Origin: Bacteroidota bacterium
GTDB taxonomy: Bacteria; Bacteroidota; Ignavibacteria; Kryptoniales; JAKASW01
Length of the DNA stretch: 64,000 nucleotides
Assembly (NCBI GenBank): GCA_021812985.1
Contig: JAKAMG010000010.1
Location: 7,853 to 71,852 of the forward strand
Reading direction: 5' to 3'
In this document: positions 1-10,633 of the stretch, piece after piece
How the letters are laid out: every line of letters begins with the position of its first letter
How positions within the stretch are numbered: the stretch's first letter is position 1
Notes under the pieces: generated by a model
Database searches by the model: none
Seen by the model: the letters and a program-made list of their open reading frames with translations, nothing else
What the model was told of the DNA's origin: nothing
Program-made: the position numbers and the translations under genes

Positions 1-164
1 GATTGATAAGCGTGCCGTCAGGCACGCAATTCTTCTTGCGGCCTCAGCCAAAATTCTTGCCGTTCCGTAGGGGCGGAATATCTTCACAAAAAAAAGCCGG
101 CACAAGAAGAGCTTAGGCACATCGTCAATCGCAAATGGCCGTGCGAGCGAACGTCGACCGGGCT

Positions 165-1157
165 CTATCGCAGTGGATGCTTCTTTATGAAATCTACAAC
201 CTCATCAACCCTGCCAAAAGCCAGTCCGGTCACCGTGTCAGCGGCTCCATAATAAATGGCCAGCCTTCCCGTGGGACCGTCACACAACATGGCACACGGA
301 AACACGACATTCGGAACATCGCCGACGCACTCGTACTGGGTCTGCGGAGAAATGAGATACGGCTCTCCGCGCACAATCACCTTCCAAGGCTGGTCAAGGT
401 CGAGGAGGACCGCGCCGGCACTGTAGACAAATCCATTACACGACTGCAACACACCGTGGTACAGGAGAAGCCAGCCTTCCGTGGTCTCGATCGGTATCGG
501 TCCGCTCCCAATCTTCGTATACTGCCATGAATCCCCGACAGTGCCCATTACAAACCTGTGTTTCCCCCAGTAAACAAGGTCGGGGCTTTCGCTCAGAAAT
601 ATATCTCCGAATGGGGTGTGCCCCCTGTCAGACGGCCTGGACAAAAGGACATACTTGCCGTTTATCTTTCTTGGAAAGAGGACACCGTTTCGGTTGTACG
701 GGAGGAGCGCGTTTTCCATCTGGTGAAACGTCTCGAAATCCTTTGTCCATCCGATCCCTATTGTCGGGCCGTGATAATAATTGCACCAGGTAACATAGTA
801 CCTGTCTTCGATCCACACTACGCGTGGATCATAACCATAGATAAAATTTCCGATTTCCCTGTCTTGACATTCGAACTTCAGCGGATCGGAATCGATATCC
901 CAGCTGATGCCATCCCTGCTGAATCCGCGGTGAAGCCGCATCTGCCTCGCCCAGTTATCACACCGAAACACGCCAGCGAACTCGCCGTCGTGCGAGACGA
1001 CAGCGCTGTTGAAAATGCTGTTTGAGGTCGGGAGCAGGTCGCGCGGAATAATCGGGTTCTTCGAGTAACGCCAGAGAGGCTTGTTGTACCCCTCCGGCCT
1101 CTCTTCCCATGGTATGTTAGGGATCTGATTCTGGTTAACGATTTTCAGTGAGCTCAT
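165..1157 (-). CDS. GH130 beta-1,4-mannooligosaccharide phosphorylase (RaMP2/UhgbMP-like subgroup)
   Basis: Motifs [73 protein letters not shown]; no signal peptide. Confidence 0.9.
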   Translation of the reverse strand: MSSLKIVNQNQIPNIPWEERPEGYNKPLWRYSKNPIIPRDLLPTSNSIFNSAVVSHDGEFAGVFRCDNWARQMRLHRGFSRDGISWDIDSDPLKFECQDREIGNFIYGYDPRVVWIEDRYYVTWCNYYHGPTIGIGWTKDFETFHQMENALLPYNRNGVLFPRKINGKYVLLSRPSDRGHTPFGDIFLSESPDLVYWGKHRFVMGTVGDSWQYTKIGSGPIPIETTEGWLLLYHGVLQSCNGFVYSAGAVLLDLDQPWKVIVRGEPYLISPQTQYECVGDVPNVVFPCAMLCDGPTGRLAIYYGAADTVTGLAFGRVDEVVDFIKKHPLR

Positions 1158-1215
1158 GCTGTCCTCGCAGTCTTTTGGAATTCAGGCACGGGGTTCCTGA
1201 CGCGGCAGATCCAAT

Positions 1216-3261
1216 TTACCTGCTCAACATCTTAATGAAGATTCCCCCTACCACGCTTCGCGCCTGGAAACCGTCCTTCCGGGCGGTCTTTGTATCGTAC
1301 CAATCGCTGAACGGCACCCTGTCCGGAGTGTTGTTCAGATAGTTCACAATAGTGTGCATGTATGTTTCGAAATCCCTTTTATCTGGATACATAGTGGCGA
1401 CCCAAGTCATCCATTCCGGTTTCGTAAACGCTGCGCGATTGTCGAGCGGGAGCCCGTACTCGTTGAGCTTGGTCTTGTAGAAGCTCAGTTCCCGATTTTT
1501 CACCTCATTCGAAAACAGGTTGAGACTGAACAAATTGTCCCAGACCATGTTGTACTTCATGCTCCAGGTACCGGGCTTGTCAAACGCGAGCATGTAGTGA
1601 TCGTTGTCAAGATCCATCTCCGACCACTTCTTCGCATAGCTTGCGGCCAGCTTCCAGTATTCTATGGCCATTTTCGGTTTGTCGGCCATCTCGCAGATTT
1701 TTGAGAAACACCCGAGCGCCACGATAGCCTTCACTGAAAGATTTGCATTGTGAGCCAGGTGTCCGGTGAAGTCATCCGTGCAAAGCTGATTTGCTGGGTC
1801 CAGTCCTTCCTGCTTCAAGTAGTTCGCCCATTTCTCAAGGCTGTTCCAGTACTTCAGAGCAAAGTTCGCGTTATGGTCGTTCCTGCAAACCGCATAGGTC
1901 AGTATGATCATGTTACCCGATTCTTCCACCGGCATCTGGTCCACCGCGCTCCTCTCGCCGCCGCCGTAAACCTGACCGTTTGCCTTCGGAAAGGTGCCGA
2001 GATCATGCGGCGCGAACGGGAATTTCCATCTCGGCATTTCGGAATATTCGAACACCGGGGTCAGGAGTGCTTTCAGGAGAGTAATATTGAAGTACATGAA
2101 GAAAGGCGCGGACGGATATATGACATCGACGGTACTGATGCAGCCGTTGCTGAAATCCTCCTTGGGAAAGAGCATCGGAGTGCCGTCCACGTCGGCCACC
2201 AGCTTGTGTGCGGCGAAGACCTGCCTGTATGCCAGCGAACAAATCGAGGCGTAGTCTTCTCCTCCGCTAGCCCTGAGTTTTTCAGTAAGTGTGCTGTCAA
2301 AAGTTGAGCATTCATTCATAAGTTTGCTGTACCGGTTCAGTCGATCGGCTATCATGTCGGCGATACCGGTTCCGTTTCTTTCCCAATATGCAGGAAGCCA
2401 TCTGTGGAAATACTCTATCGAGAAGATCTGATCGTACGCGACCATGATGTGTCTCTTTTCCGAATTGTTACCGATGCGGCCAAGATTGAAGACAAAAGCC
2501 GAAACGGGCCATCCGTCGCTCGCCTGTCGGGGCATGCCGAAGTCATCGCTCGCTGGCAGGGAGTCACCATCGATGAAAGCGCGCCGCGCGACATCGGCCG
2601 GAGCGATAGCACTCAAACCTTGCTGGCTCTCCGGCGAGCAGAAGTAGACATATCCCCAGTCAATCCGTAGATCATCTCCCTTCTTTTGGAGTATCGGCTG
2701 CATCTGCGAGCCCATTTCAATGACATTCACCCCAGGAACCCTCAGCCTCCCCCATGTAACGCGCTGGTCCGGAGTATTCACGCAGAATTCCGCGTCACCA
2801 TCGAAGTAAAGGCTGACTTCGTGCTGGTTGCCATCAATGGATCTCACTTCCCACGTGACGTACGACGCATCTTCGGAAATCAGGTCGAGTGAATCAGGAA
2901 GGAGCGGCGTTGTGAATGTGACTTTCAACTCGATACCAGCGCCGCTGAAAACGTATCTCGTCTGCGTCGGCGCAATCGTCGTCCCCTTCAGTTTGAGAAC
3001 GGGGAGGCCGCGTTCGCTTCCGCCGACGATCCTGTAGTTCTGTCCGTCGACCTTCGCCATCATTAAGATGCCCATCGTCTTTCCTGTCCAGTGCCTCGTG
3101 TAGTCGTTCGCGGGATCATTCGCGAAAGACCAGACGCTGAAGTAAGGGTCGCCAGTCATGAGCGGGATGGCGGGAGGCCTGGTAATTGTTCCCTGTGAGT
3201 ATGCGTTCGACGATAACGTTAGACTTGCGAGGAGTAGAAAAATGATGGTCAATTGTTTCAT
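1216..3261 (-). CDS. DUF5127/DUF4965 GtaA 'glutaminase A'-like secreted protein, probable six-hairpin glycosidase fold
   Basis: RPPAIPL..DPYFSVWS, KEDFSNGCISTVDVIYP, APHDLG, MPVEESGNM, QLCTDDF, FQARSVVGG motifs; Sec signal MKQLTIIFLLL; start moved to ATG 3261 with GGAAGG upstream. Confidence 0.8.
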   Translation of the reverse strand: MKQLTIIFLLLASLTLSSNAYSQGTITRPPAIPLMTGDPYFSVWSFANDPANDYTRHWTGKTMGILMMAKVDGQNYRIVGGSERGLPVLKLKGTTIAPTQTRYVFSGAGIELKVTFTTPLLPDSLDLISEDASYVTWEVRSIDGNQHEVSLYFDGDAEFCVNTPDQRVTWGRLRVPGVNVIEMGSQMQPILQKKGDDLRIDWGYVYFCSPESQQGLSAIAPADVARRAFIDGDSLPASDDFGMPRQASDGWPVSAFVFNLGRIGNNSEKRHIMVAYDQIFSIEYFHRWLPAYWERNGTGIADMIADRLNRYSKLMNECSTFDSTLTEKLRASGGEDYASICSLAYRQVFAAHKLVADVDGTPMLFPKEDFSNGCISTVDVIYPSAPFFMYFNITLLKALLTPVFEYSEMPRWKFPFAPHDLGTFPKANGQVYGGGERSAVDQMPVEESGNMIILTYAVCRNDHNANFALKYWNSLEKWANYLKQEGLDPANQLCTDDFTGHLAHNANLSVKAIVALGCFSKICEMADKPKMAIEYWKLAASYAKKWSEMDLDNDHYMLAFDKPGTWSMKYNMVWDNLFSLNLFSNEVKNRELSFYKTKLNEYGLPLDNRAAFTKPEWMTWVATMYPDKRDFETYMHTIVNYLNNTPDRVPFSDWYDTKTARKDGFQARSVVGGIFIKMLSR

Positions 3262-3418
3262 TATAATTCCTTCCACAAAAGTATTGTTCTTTGAACAATC
3301 AACGAGGTCCCGCGAACCGTCAAGGCGGTCGCCACGAATTATTGACTGGGAAAGACGGTCACGGACATCGACGGATTATACTCAGCTTGGTCTACGTGCC
3401 GCACTGTTTTATGATAAG

Positions 3419-5449
3419 TCATTGCGGCCAATCGTCTGTTCTGAACGTCGATGCGGGCAATCCCTCCTTGTTGAATAGGGTTGCTTCTTCGGCATTGCCC
3501 CACGTGTATCTTACCGCGACCGGGCGCTTTACTTCAGGGCTGTACACCTCCAGAGTATTACCTACCACCTTCGCGTCAGCAACGACAAAATTACTGTCCT
3601 TCCCGGCAATAACAAAATTTGTCCTGCCATTCAGCGGTTTCATGACCAGGCCTGCGCCGGTGTACTCGAAGGAGATTATTGCCTTGCCGTTTTTCACTTT
3701 CATTGATCTATAAATCGGACCGGAATAGGCGAGATGTTTTCGGTATTGTTTGGCAAGCGCCCATAACGCGAGGCGTTGCCCGACGTCCTCCTTGTCCGGC
3801 GGATGGATTGTGGTTAGGCTGCCTATGTCGAGCGTGACCGCCATCCCGGTATTACGAATGGAAAGCGTCAGTCTCTGCGCGTCGCGAATCATATATGACT
3901 TCGACTTCGCGCCGTATGTCCAGGGTGCGATCTGCACCCAGTAGAAAGGCAGGTATCCCTCTTTCCAATCCACCCGCCAGTTGCTGATCAGCAGCGGAAA
4001 CAAATTCCTGTAGTTGTTGTAATCGCCGGGGAGATCCGAATTTGATTCCCCCTGGTACCACAATATCCCTTTGAGATGATAAGGAATTAGAGGAGCAATC
4101 ATACCATTAAAAAGCATTGTCGGAGTGTTTGGTCCGACGCTGAGAGCGGTCTTCGGACGTGAATAGAACGGCATGCCCGCGGCACCGTACACATAGAACT
4201 TGCTGTTAATGTACTCTGCCACAGGGAGGTACTTCCAATCGCCAGAGAGAGGAAGCGTGTCAATTGAGTCGGACTCGGGAAAGACTTCCATCCTGACGCC
4301 ATTACCCCAGATGCCTCCTCCACCGCCGTTGTCGATCACACGAACGGCTATCGTAAGAGTCGTATCGCGCACCAGGCTCCCTGGTACGTCGTACACTCTT
4401 GGTGTTTGCCAGAACCCTCCGCCAAGAAGGCCACCTACCTTGACGCCATTTACCCAAGTCTCGTCCATATCATCGATAGGTCCGAGGTGAAGCACGAGCG
4501 TCGAATCAACCCAACTTCTCGGAATCTCAATTGTCTTCCTGTACCATACCGCACCGTCGAAATCACCGACTGGCGTGGCCTCCCAGTATGTCGGCAACAT
4601 CATGGTCTTCCAGCCGCTGTCATCGAAACTCTTTTCTGAGCACAAACTGTCATCGAAGTCGAGATTTTCGAATTGATGAAGCGGGACCCGGCTGCCAATG
4701 TCTATTGCCGGATGAGAACGGACCCACCTGTTAAGCGCATCAACTTCTCCACTCAGGCTGTCAATCTTCCCGATAACAGGCTTGTATTCGGGGAGCCTCG
4801 ATAGATAATTGCCGCTGATCCACGACTGGATTTTCGTTCCACCCCAGACGGACCAGATGAGACCAATAGGCACATGGAGTTGTTCGTATAACTTTCTACC
4901 GAAGAAGTAGCCGACCGCGCTGAACCTGGCTGCGGTCTGCGGATTACACTCAGTCCACGTTCCGGCACAGTTAAATTCAGGCTTTGCTGATACCGCACGC
5001 GCGACCGCGAAGAATCTGATGTCCGGGTAACTAGCCGCCGCGATCTCCCGATCCGAATTCTTTATCGGATTCTCAGGCGGCCAACCCTGAAGTGGTATTT
5101 CCATATTCGACTGGCCGGAACAAAGCCAGACCTCGCCGGACATGACGTTCCTGTAAGTCAGTGTCGAATCTCCTGCGGCAACATGAAGTGTGTACGGTCC
5201 CCCCGCCCTTGGTGTACGGAGATAGAGTTCCCACGCGCCGTCAGACTTCACTACGGTTCTTCCGCTCGCCCCCCAGCTCGCTGTTACCGTTACTCTTAAA
5301 CCCGGCTTCGCTTTTCCCCAGATTGGTACGCGCGCCTTTTGCTGGAGTACCATGTTGTCCGAAAATAGGGACGGCATGGCCAGTCGATTAGGGTTCGATT
5401 GCGGCATCGCGACCGAAACAAGCATAAGGATCATCAAAGCAGACTTCAT
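3419..5449 (-). CDS. SASA/sialate O-acetylesterase-like SGNH esterase with inserted jelly-roll domain (CE20-like architecture)
   Basis: FSDNMVLQQ, GEVWLCSGQSNM, WYQGESN, IHPPDK; central GAVWYRK..LGPIDDMDETWVNG beta-sandwich; signal peptide. Confidence 0.85.
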   Translation of the reverse strand: MKSALMILMLVSVAMPQSNPNRLAMPSLFSDNMVLQQKARVPIWGKAKPGLRVTVTASWGASGRTVVKSDGAWELYLRTPRAGGPYTLHVAAGDSTLTYRNVMSGEVWLCSGQSNMEIPLQGWPPENPIKNSDREIAAASYPDIRFFAVARAVSAKPEFNCAGTWTECNPQTAARFSAVGYFFGRKLYEQLHVPIGLIWSVWGGTKIQSWISGNYLSRLPEYKPVIGKIDSLSGEVDALNRWVRSHPAIDIGSRVPLHQFENLDFDDSLCSEKSFDDSGWKTMMLPTYWEATPVGDFDGAVWYRKTIEIPRSWVDSTLVLHLGPIDDMDETWVNGVKVGGLLGGGFWQTPRVYDVPGSLVRDTTLTIAVRVIDNGGGGGIWGNGVRMEVFPESDSIDTLPLSGDWKYLPVAEYINSKFYVYGAAGMPFYSRPKTALSVGPNTPTMLFNGMIAPLIPYHLKGILWYQGESNSDLPGDYNNYRNLFPLLISNWRVDWKEGYLPFYWVQIAPWTYGAKSKSYMIRDAQRLTLSIRNTGMAVTLDIGSLTTIHPPDKEDVGQRLALWALAKQYRKHLAYSGPIYRSMKVKNGKAIISFEYTGAGLVMKPLNGRTNFVIAGKDSNFVVADAKVVGNTLEVYSPEVKRPVAVRYTWGNAEEATLFNKEGLPASTFRTDDWPQ

Positions 5450-5520
5450 GTACATCCTCTCCATGTTTGCCGGGTGCGATCCGGCAGAATTATCGGCTCA
5501 GGAAGAAAATCCGCCGCGCC

Positions 5521-7371
5521 TCATCTTTGTTCCTGTCCGAGCGTAACGATGTCAGGGTTGGGTTTCCTGAGCTTCGAGTATATTATCTCAACCCTGCTCA
5601 ACTCAGACGGACCTTCGTATTCGATCTTTAGAAACCTGCTGTGCTCGGGGAACTCGCCGCAGGTGTACATCGCCGGGACGTACGCCCCATAGAGATTGAA
5701 GTAGGGGGGGAATGTCTCGACCTTGGCCGGGATCTGCTTCAGATTGCTCAGCGAATCAGACGCGTAAAAGCTGAGGCCGCAATCCCCCTTCGTGAAGAAC
5801 GCCTCGACTATAATAGAATCGATGTCCTGCGGTACTTCGTAGACTACGTAGGCCCCCTTAGAGCCTTCCAGTCTGCTGAAATCAAACTTCGCCTTTGCCG
5901 CGCTCGCAGAGGAGGCGAATCTCAGGCTGTCGGAGGCAATGAGCATCTTCGACGTATCCGCGACTTCATCGACCAGCTTCCTGTAGCTGACAGTCACGGG
6001 ACCAACCACGTTAGAAGGCTCCGATTCTCCGGACGCGTTCTGGGCAATCACCCTGTAGTAATACGCCTTCCCAAGCTCCGCGGTCGTATCTTCATAGAGA
6101 GGCCTGAAGGAAATACCGGCGTCCGTGGCGCTCTCCGCTATGGTCTCCCATTTGGCCGAGCCCTCTTCCAACCTCTCGATTTTGTACGAGGCAGCGCCCG
6201 TAGAACCGCGCCATGAGATATCATACACGTCCCGCATGCCGAAAAGATGCGGAGGATCCGGGATCGGAAGTGGTGGTTCAACTTCGCCATTGATCTGGTA
6301 CGCCCCGGCTCTCATCATGTCGACAAGCTGTTTTTCATGGTACGCCGAGTCTGCCGCGAATCCGGGGAAATGATAACAGAGGTCATGCTGATAAAACCCC
6401 CCGTCCTCGGCGTGTCCCCTGAGGCTCCAGATCATCATTCCAGAAATGCCGTTGTTGATGACGGTGTCGATGAGAGCGCCTGTGTTCAGGGGATTCTTCA
6501 GCCCAAATTCTCCGATGAAGTATGGCTTCTTCCCCTTCGTCAACTCCCTGTTCAAAAGGGCATCATGGACCGCCGTCTTGAGGTCCGTGTAATAGTGGGT
6601 GGACAGGACATCGAAGTTTGAATCCGCAACCTCTTCCTTGGTAAGCAAACGCTGGTAGGTTCCTTCGAGGACGAGATGATTCTTGTCGATGCTTTTGATG
6701 TACGCTGCCACGGTGTCCTGCCAGGCGAGCGGAGCCTCGAGTTCGTTCCCTGTTTCCCAACCAAGTATCGCCTTGTCGTCCTTGTATTTCACACCTGTGT
6801 ATGTGTTCTTCCTGTCGAGCACAAACTTGATAGTCTTCTTGAAATCCGAGATGACCTGCGGGTCAGTCCAGAAGTCGTCCGGCTTCATTCCGCGAAAGGC
6901 AGCGTACTCTCCCCTACCTCCCCACCACCACCAGTTGTCGACGAACGGGATGATGAGTCTCACCCCCTCCTCATTAGCTATCTGGAGAACCTTGTCGAAT
7001 GTCCTGAAATATGACTCGCTGAACTCGCCCGGCGCTTCCACGGCGCGAATGATGTTGCGCGTCTCGCCTGCCCTCCTCACCGAGAAAGTGTATATCCTCG
7101 CGACCTTGCCGCCGTCCATCTTGATCGTCTTAAGCGCGTCGCGTATTTCATAGGGAGTAGGGAGGCGCCAGGGACTCTGCGCCTTAAACGCGTCATAATC
7201 CTCTATGTACGCCAGATTGGGAATGTTGTAAGAAACAAACCTCAACTCCTTGTCGCCGGTCATCAGTTTGTCTTTGTCTGTCGTAACGAAATTCTTAAAC
7301 TGACTCGTGCTCCCGCAATCCACCAGGAACAGACTGAGCAACGGCAAAAGCAGTATCAGCGATCTCTTCAT
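5521..7371 (-). CDS. GH5 endo-beta-1,4-mannanase-like lipoprotein with Fn3-like domain
   Basis: Acid/base WETGNEL, nucleophile IGEFG, DNWWWWGG, WSLRGH; lipobox-like LFLVDC; Fn3-like YYYRVIAQNASGESEPS. Confidence 0.8.
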   Translation of the reverse strand: MKRSLILLLPLLSLFLVDCGSTSQFKNFVTTDKDKLMTGDKELRFVSYNIPNLAYIEDYDAFKAQSPWRLPTPYEIRDALKTIKMDGGKVARIYTFSVRRAGETRNIIRAVEAPGEFSESYFRTFDKVLQIANEEGVRLIIPFVDNWWWWGGRGEYAAFRGMKPDDFWTDPQVISDFKKTIKFVLDRKNTYTGVKYKDDKAILGWETGNELEAPLAWQDTVAAYIKSIDKNHLVLEGTYQRLLTKEEVADSNFDVLSTHYYTDLKTAVHDALLNRELTKGKKPYFIGEFGLKNPLNTGALIDTVINNGISGMMIWSLRGHAEDGGFYQHDLCYHFPGFAADSAYHEKQLVDMMRAGAYQINGEVEPPLPIPDPPHLFGMRDVYDISWRGSTGAASYKIERLEEGSAKWETIAESATDAGISFRPLYEDTTAELGKAYYYRVIAQNASGESEPSNVVGPVTVSYRKLVDEVADTSKMLIASDSLRFASSASAAKAKFDFSRLEGSKGAYVVYEVPQDIDSIIVEAFFTKGDCGLSFYASDSLSNLKQIPAKVETFPPYFNLYGAYVPAMYTCGEFPEHSRFLKIEYEGPSELSRVEIIYSKLRKPNPDIVTLGQEQR

Positions 7372-7513
7372 TGAATCTCCGGATGTTTTGTAAATGAATT
7401 ACGCAATAATTCTCTTCGTCCGCTCTAAGGCCGGTCACATGTTTACTTCTGGGGCAAGCATGCGACTGGCAAATCGATCGACATTTAAGAAGCGCGCCAA
7501 TAGATGATGCGCC

Positions 7514-8932
7514 TCAATTAAGTTTGCGCGCAGTGTCGCGCCAATGGGAAATAAAACTGCCGAAGTTCTCCGCCGACCTTCTCAACCCATGGAACTCCTT
7601 CATGGGCGAGAATCCATCGGAGGCAAGCATGCTTACGCAGTTCATCATGGCCCGGCCAGTGTGGTAGTTTGCCTTCCAGATGTGCCCTTTCGGTCCCTTT
7701 CTGAAATGAGGCTCCTTGTCAAGACCGCCCTCGAACCAGTCTCCCTGTTCGTAATCGAGAAGATACTTCTTCACGTATTCCCATTGCTTCGCGAAATATT
7801 CCGGATAGACACTGCTCTCCGGAAAAATCTTCGACATCATCAGCAGGACGTTCAAAGCTTCGGCCTGTGCCCACCAATTCTTCGTGGACTGTATTATGGT
7901 ACACTTGTCGTCGCCTTTGAAATAGTACCCAGCGTCGAAGAAGCCGCCGTTTTCCTTATCCCATCCGTTCTCGATGGCGTGGTCGATCATCCTCTTTGCT
8001 GTGCGGAGGGTTTGAACATCGTCTTCAAGTCCGAGCGCATGGGAAGCTTCGAGGAGGAGAAAGCCGGTCTCGTAATCGTGACCGAACGAGACGTGGTCGA
8101 GCCTGTAGTTTTTTTCCCGCTCCTCCTTCGGCGCTTCGCGGAATGAAACCGGCGTCCAATCGTATCCGAAAAAGAGATTCATGTACCCCCTCTTGGTGGT
8201 AATCACGTCTCTGATAAGCGACAGGAGGGCGGCCAGCTTTTCCCTAACCTTCGGATCGGGCCATACATTATATAGCTCAGTGTATGCTTCAAGGAGGTGG
8301 ATCGAGGAGTTCTGGTCCTTGTATCCCAGTTCCACGTCGTCATAAGCTTTGGTCTTGTAAAGACTTGTCCGGTCGAACGGCTTCCCGTCCGGCGCGATGA
8401 ACTGGAAGTAACCTCCAAGCTTGGGGTCGAAGGCGTGGTTCTCAATCCAGTCGAATCCCTCCTTCGCGAAGCCGATGACTTTTTCGTCACGGGTCAGTTC
8501 ATAGAGTGCCGACAGGGCGTAGACTCCGAAAGCATTGCCGTAAGTCCGCTTTTCGTCGAAGAAGCCGAGATAATCGCAGACCCTTCCCGCGCCGTCCCGC
8601 ATCTGGTAGAAACCGCCGTATTTCTGGTCCCACATTGAATTCCGGAGAAAGTCGAATCCGTGCCGGGCTGAGTCGGCGTATACTTTGTCGCCGAACATTA
8701 AAGCAGCCTTCGAGGCGGTCCACACGTACCGGGCCTGTGTGACGATCATCTTGTGCTGGACAGGTTCGATTTTCCAGTCGCAGGATATGTCCGTGTAATA
8801 TCCTCCGTTCTCCTTGTCGATCACAAGCGGATACCATTTGTCGAGCAGTTTTCCGCGAAGATACTCGTACATTTCATTCAATATCATACGGCCACTTCTT
8901 TCCGCCGTAGTGTCGAACGCTTCATTTGTCAT
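7514..8932 (-). CDS. AGE-family cellobiose/mannobiose 2-epimerase, cytoplasmic
   Basis: QARYVW, DQNSSIHLLEAY, SFGHDYE, WWAQAE, WKANYHTGR catalytic motifs; no signal peptide. Confidence 0.88.
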   Translation of the reverse strand: MTNEAFDTTAERSGRMILNEMYEYLRGKLLDKWYPLVIDKENGGYYTDISCDWKIEPVQHKMIVTQARYVWTASKAALMFGDKVYADSARHGFDFLRNSMWDQKYGGFYQMRDGAGRVCDYLGFFDEKRTYGNAFGVYALSALYELTRDEKVIGFAKEGFDWIENHAFDPKLGGYFQFIAPDGKPFDRTSLYKTKAYDDVELGYKDQNSSIHLLEAYTELYNVWPDPKVREKLAALLSLIRDVITTKRGYMNLFFGYDWTPVSFREAPKEEREKNYRLDHVSFGHDYETGFLLLEASHALGLEDDVQTLRTAKRMIDHAIENGWDKENGGFFDAGYYFKGDDKCTIIQSTKNWWAQAEALNVLLMMSKIFPESSVYPEYFAKQWEYVKKYLLDYEQGDWFEGGLDKEPHFRKGPKGHIWKANYHTGRAMMNCVSMLASDGFSPMKEFHGLRRSAENFGSFISHWRDTARKLN

Positions 8933-9079
8933 GTGACTCCCTAAGAATGCATGTTTGATATAAGCCGTTTCCAGAAACCAGTCTCAATGAAGCGCCCCGT
9001 CTCCGTGACCGCCGCGGGTTCCTCCAGGTTTCTGTCGATGTGCTACATTAACAGGACACAGATCGGCGCGATGAAAGCT

Positions 9080-10462
9080 CTACAACTTTTCTTCAAGTCT
9101 TCTTATACAGTTGATCAAGCCTCTCGTGGTATGATAATCCACCTTCCAGATAGTGGCCTTCGGACCCTTCTCATTTTGGGGGGCCTTATCGACACCTCCC
9201 CAGTACCAGCCGCCGTATTTCCGGTCCAGGAGATATTTCTCTATATAATTCCACTGCTCGCAGAATTTCACGTAATAATTCATCTTATCGTGCGGATAGA
9301 GTTCGGACATCATCAGAAACGAATTGAGCGCCTCTATCTGGCTCCACCACTGTTTCGTCGGCATAATGATTGTGACATTCGTTTCACCCCGAAAAATATA
9401 TCCGCTGTCGTAAATCCCGCCGAGCTCTTTGTCCCAGCCGTTTTCAAGCGCGTAGTCGTCCATCCACTTCGAGATCCTGATCGTCTCCTCGTCGTTCTTC
9501 AGACCGAGAGCCTTGGAAGTCTCGAGGAGGAGCCAGGCAGTTTCAACGTTGTGCCCAAACGAAATGTGATCATCTTCAAAATGCGCTGTCCGCAGGTAGT
9601 TGCTTGAATCGCGATATGATATCGGCGTCCAGTCGCGTTTGAAAAAAAGCGTGAGATAGGGATGGCCATCTATCGCTATGTCTCTCACGTCGTGGAACAG
9701 AGAATCGAGTCGAACCCGCAACTCCGGGTTGGGCCACACCTGATACAATTCGGTGAACGCTTCCATGATATGTATCATCGAGTTCTGGTCTTTAGGCGGA
9801 ACCGGACCGAGACCGTCCTTGAACGGCTCCCCTTCCCTCGAGATGTTCTGGAAATAGCCGCCATACTTTGGATCGTAACTGTGCTGGTCCATCCAATTGT
9901 ATGTTCTGACTGCAAGGTTGAGCGCGGATGTATCACCAAAGGCCCTGTAGTAAGCCGCGAGACCATATATTGCAAAAGCATTCCCGTACGCCGTTTTCAT
10001 GTATTGACCATGCGAGCCGAGAGGCTTTCCCTCCCTGTCCAGGATATCGTAGAAACCGCCATATTTCTTGTCCCACATGACATTTTGGATAAATTCGAAG
10101 CCTTGGCGCGCGTAATTAAAGTACGGTTCTTTCTCATTGAAGTAAATCGAGGCGTTCGCATTCGACCAGACGAGGCGGGCCTGCGTGACTATCATCTTGT
10201 TCTGCGAGCCTTCGAGTTCCCACTTGTAGTTCATGTCGGTGAAATAACCGCCGTATACGGTATCTATCGTGCCACTCCCGAAATGATCGAGCTCTTCCCT
10301 CAACTGCTCCTTCAGCTCGGACAATATGACTTTGCCGTCTGTCTCGACCTTCTCTTTGTGAGCCTGACATCTTCCGTCTACCGGGCTCGACAAATTCAAA
10401 AAGAGGATTGACATGAGGAGAAACGCCGACGATAGCGGCCCTGAAACACGATTGGTCGTCAT
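9080..10462 (-). CDS. AGE-family cellobiose 2-epimerase with putative N-terminal signal peptide
   Basis: QARLVW, DQNSMIHIMEAF, SFGHNVE, WWSQIE, WKVDYHTTR; hydrophobic N-terminus AFLLMSILFLNL; start uncertain (10462 or 10486). Confidence 0.85.
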   Translation of the reverse strand: MTTNRVSGPLSSAFLLMSILFLNLSSPVDGRCQAHKEKVETDGKVILSELKEQLREELDHFGSGTIDTVYGGYFTDMNYKWELEGSQNKMIVTQARLVWSNANASIYFNEKEPYFNYARQGFEFIQNVMWDKKYGGFYDILDREGKPLGSHGQYMKTAYGNAFAIYGLAAYYRAFGDTSALNLAVRTYNWMDQHSYDPKYGGYFQNISREGEPFKDGLGPVPPKDQNSMIHIMEAFTELYQVWPNPELRVRLDSLFHDVRDIAIDGHPYLTLFFKRDWTPISYRDSSNYLRTAHFEDDHISFGHNVETAWLLLETSKALGLKNDEETIRISKWMDDYALENGWDKELGGIYDSGYIFRGETNVTIIMPTKQWWSQIEALNSFLMMSELYPHDKMNYYVKFCEQWNYIEKYLLDRKYGGWYWGGVDKAPQNEKGPKATIWKVDYHTTRGLINCIRRLEEKL

Positions 10463-10633
10463 TGCTCCAAGGTTGTCCTGGAGCATTTCTTTCCGCTTTC
10501 GGCCACGGTCGTCCGCAGGCGGGAGGGATAGATCAACACGTTGCCTTCGGCTGGTCAGAGCTGCATGCACGATTCCACACAAATTACTTTTCATCATCAG
10601 GAATGTCAATTACGGCCCATTCGTTTGACCGGC

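Noticed and set aside
85-125. A-tract with weak hairpin downstream of GH130 as the PUL terminator
   Set aside because: Stem pairing is too poor to call confidently
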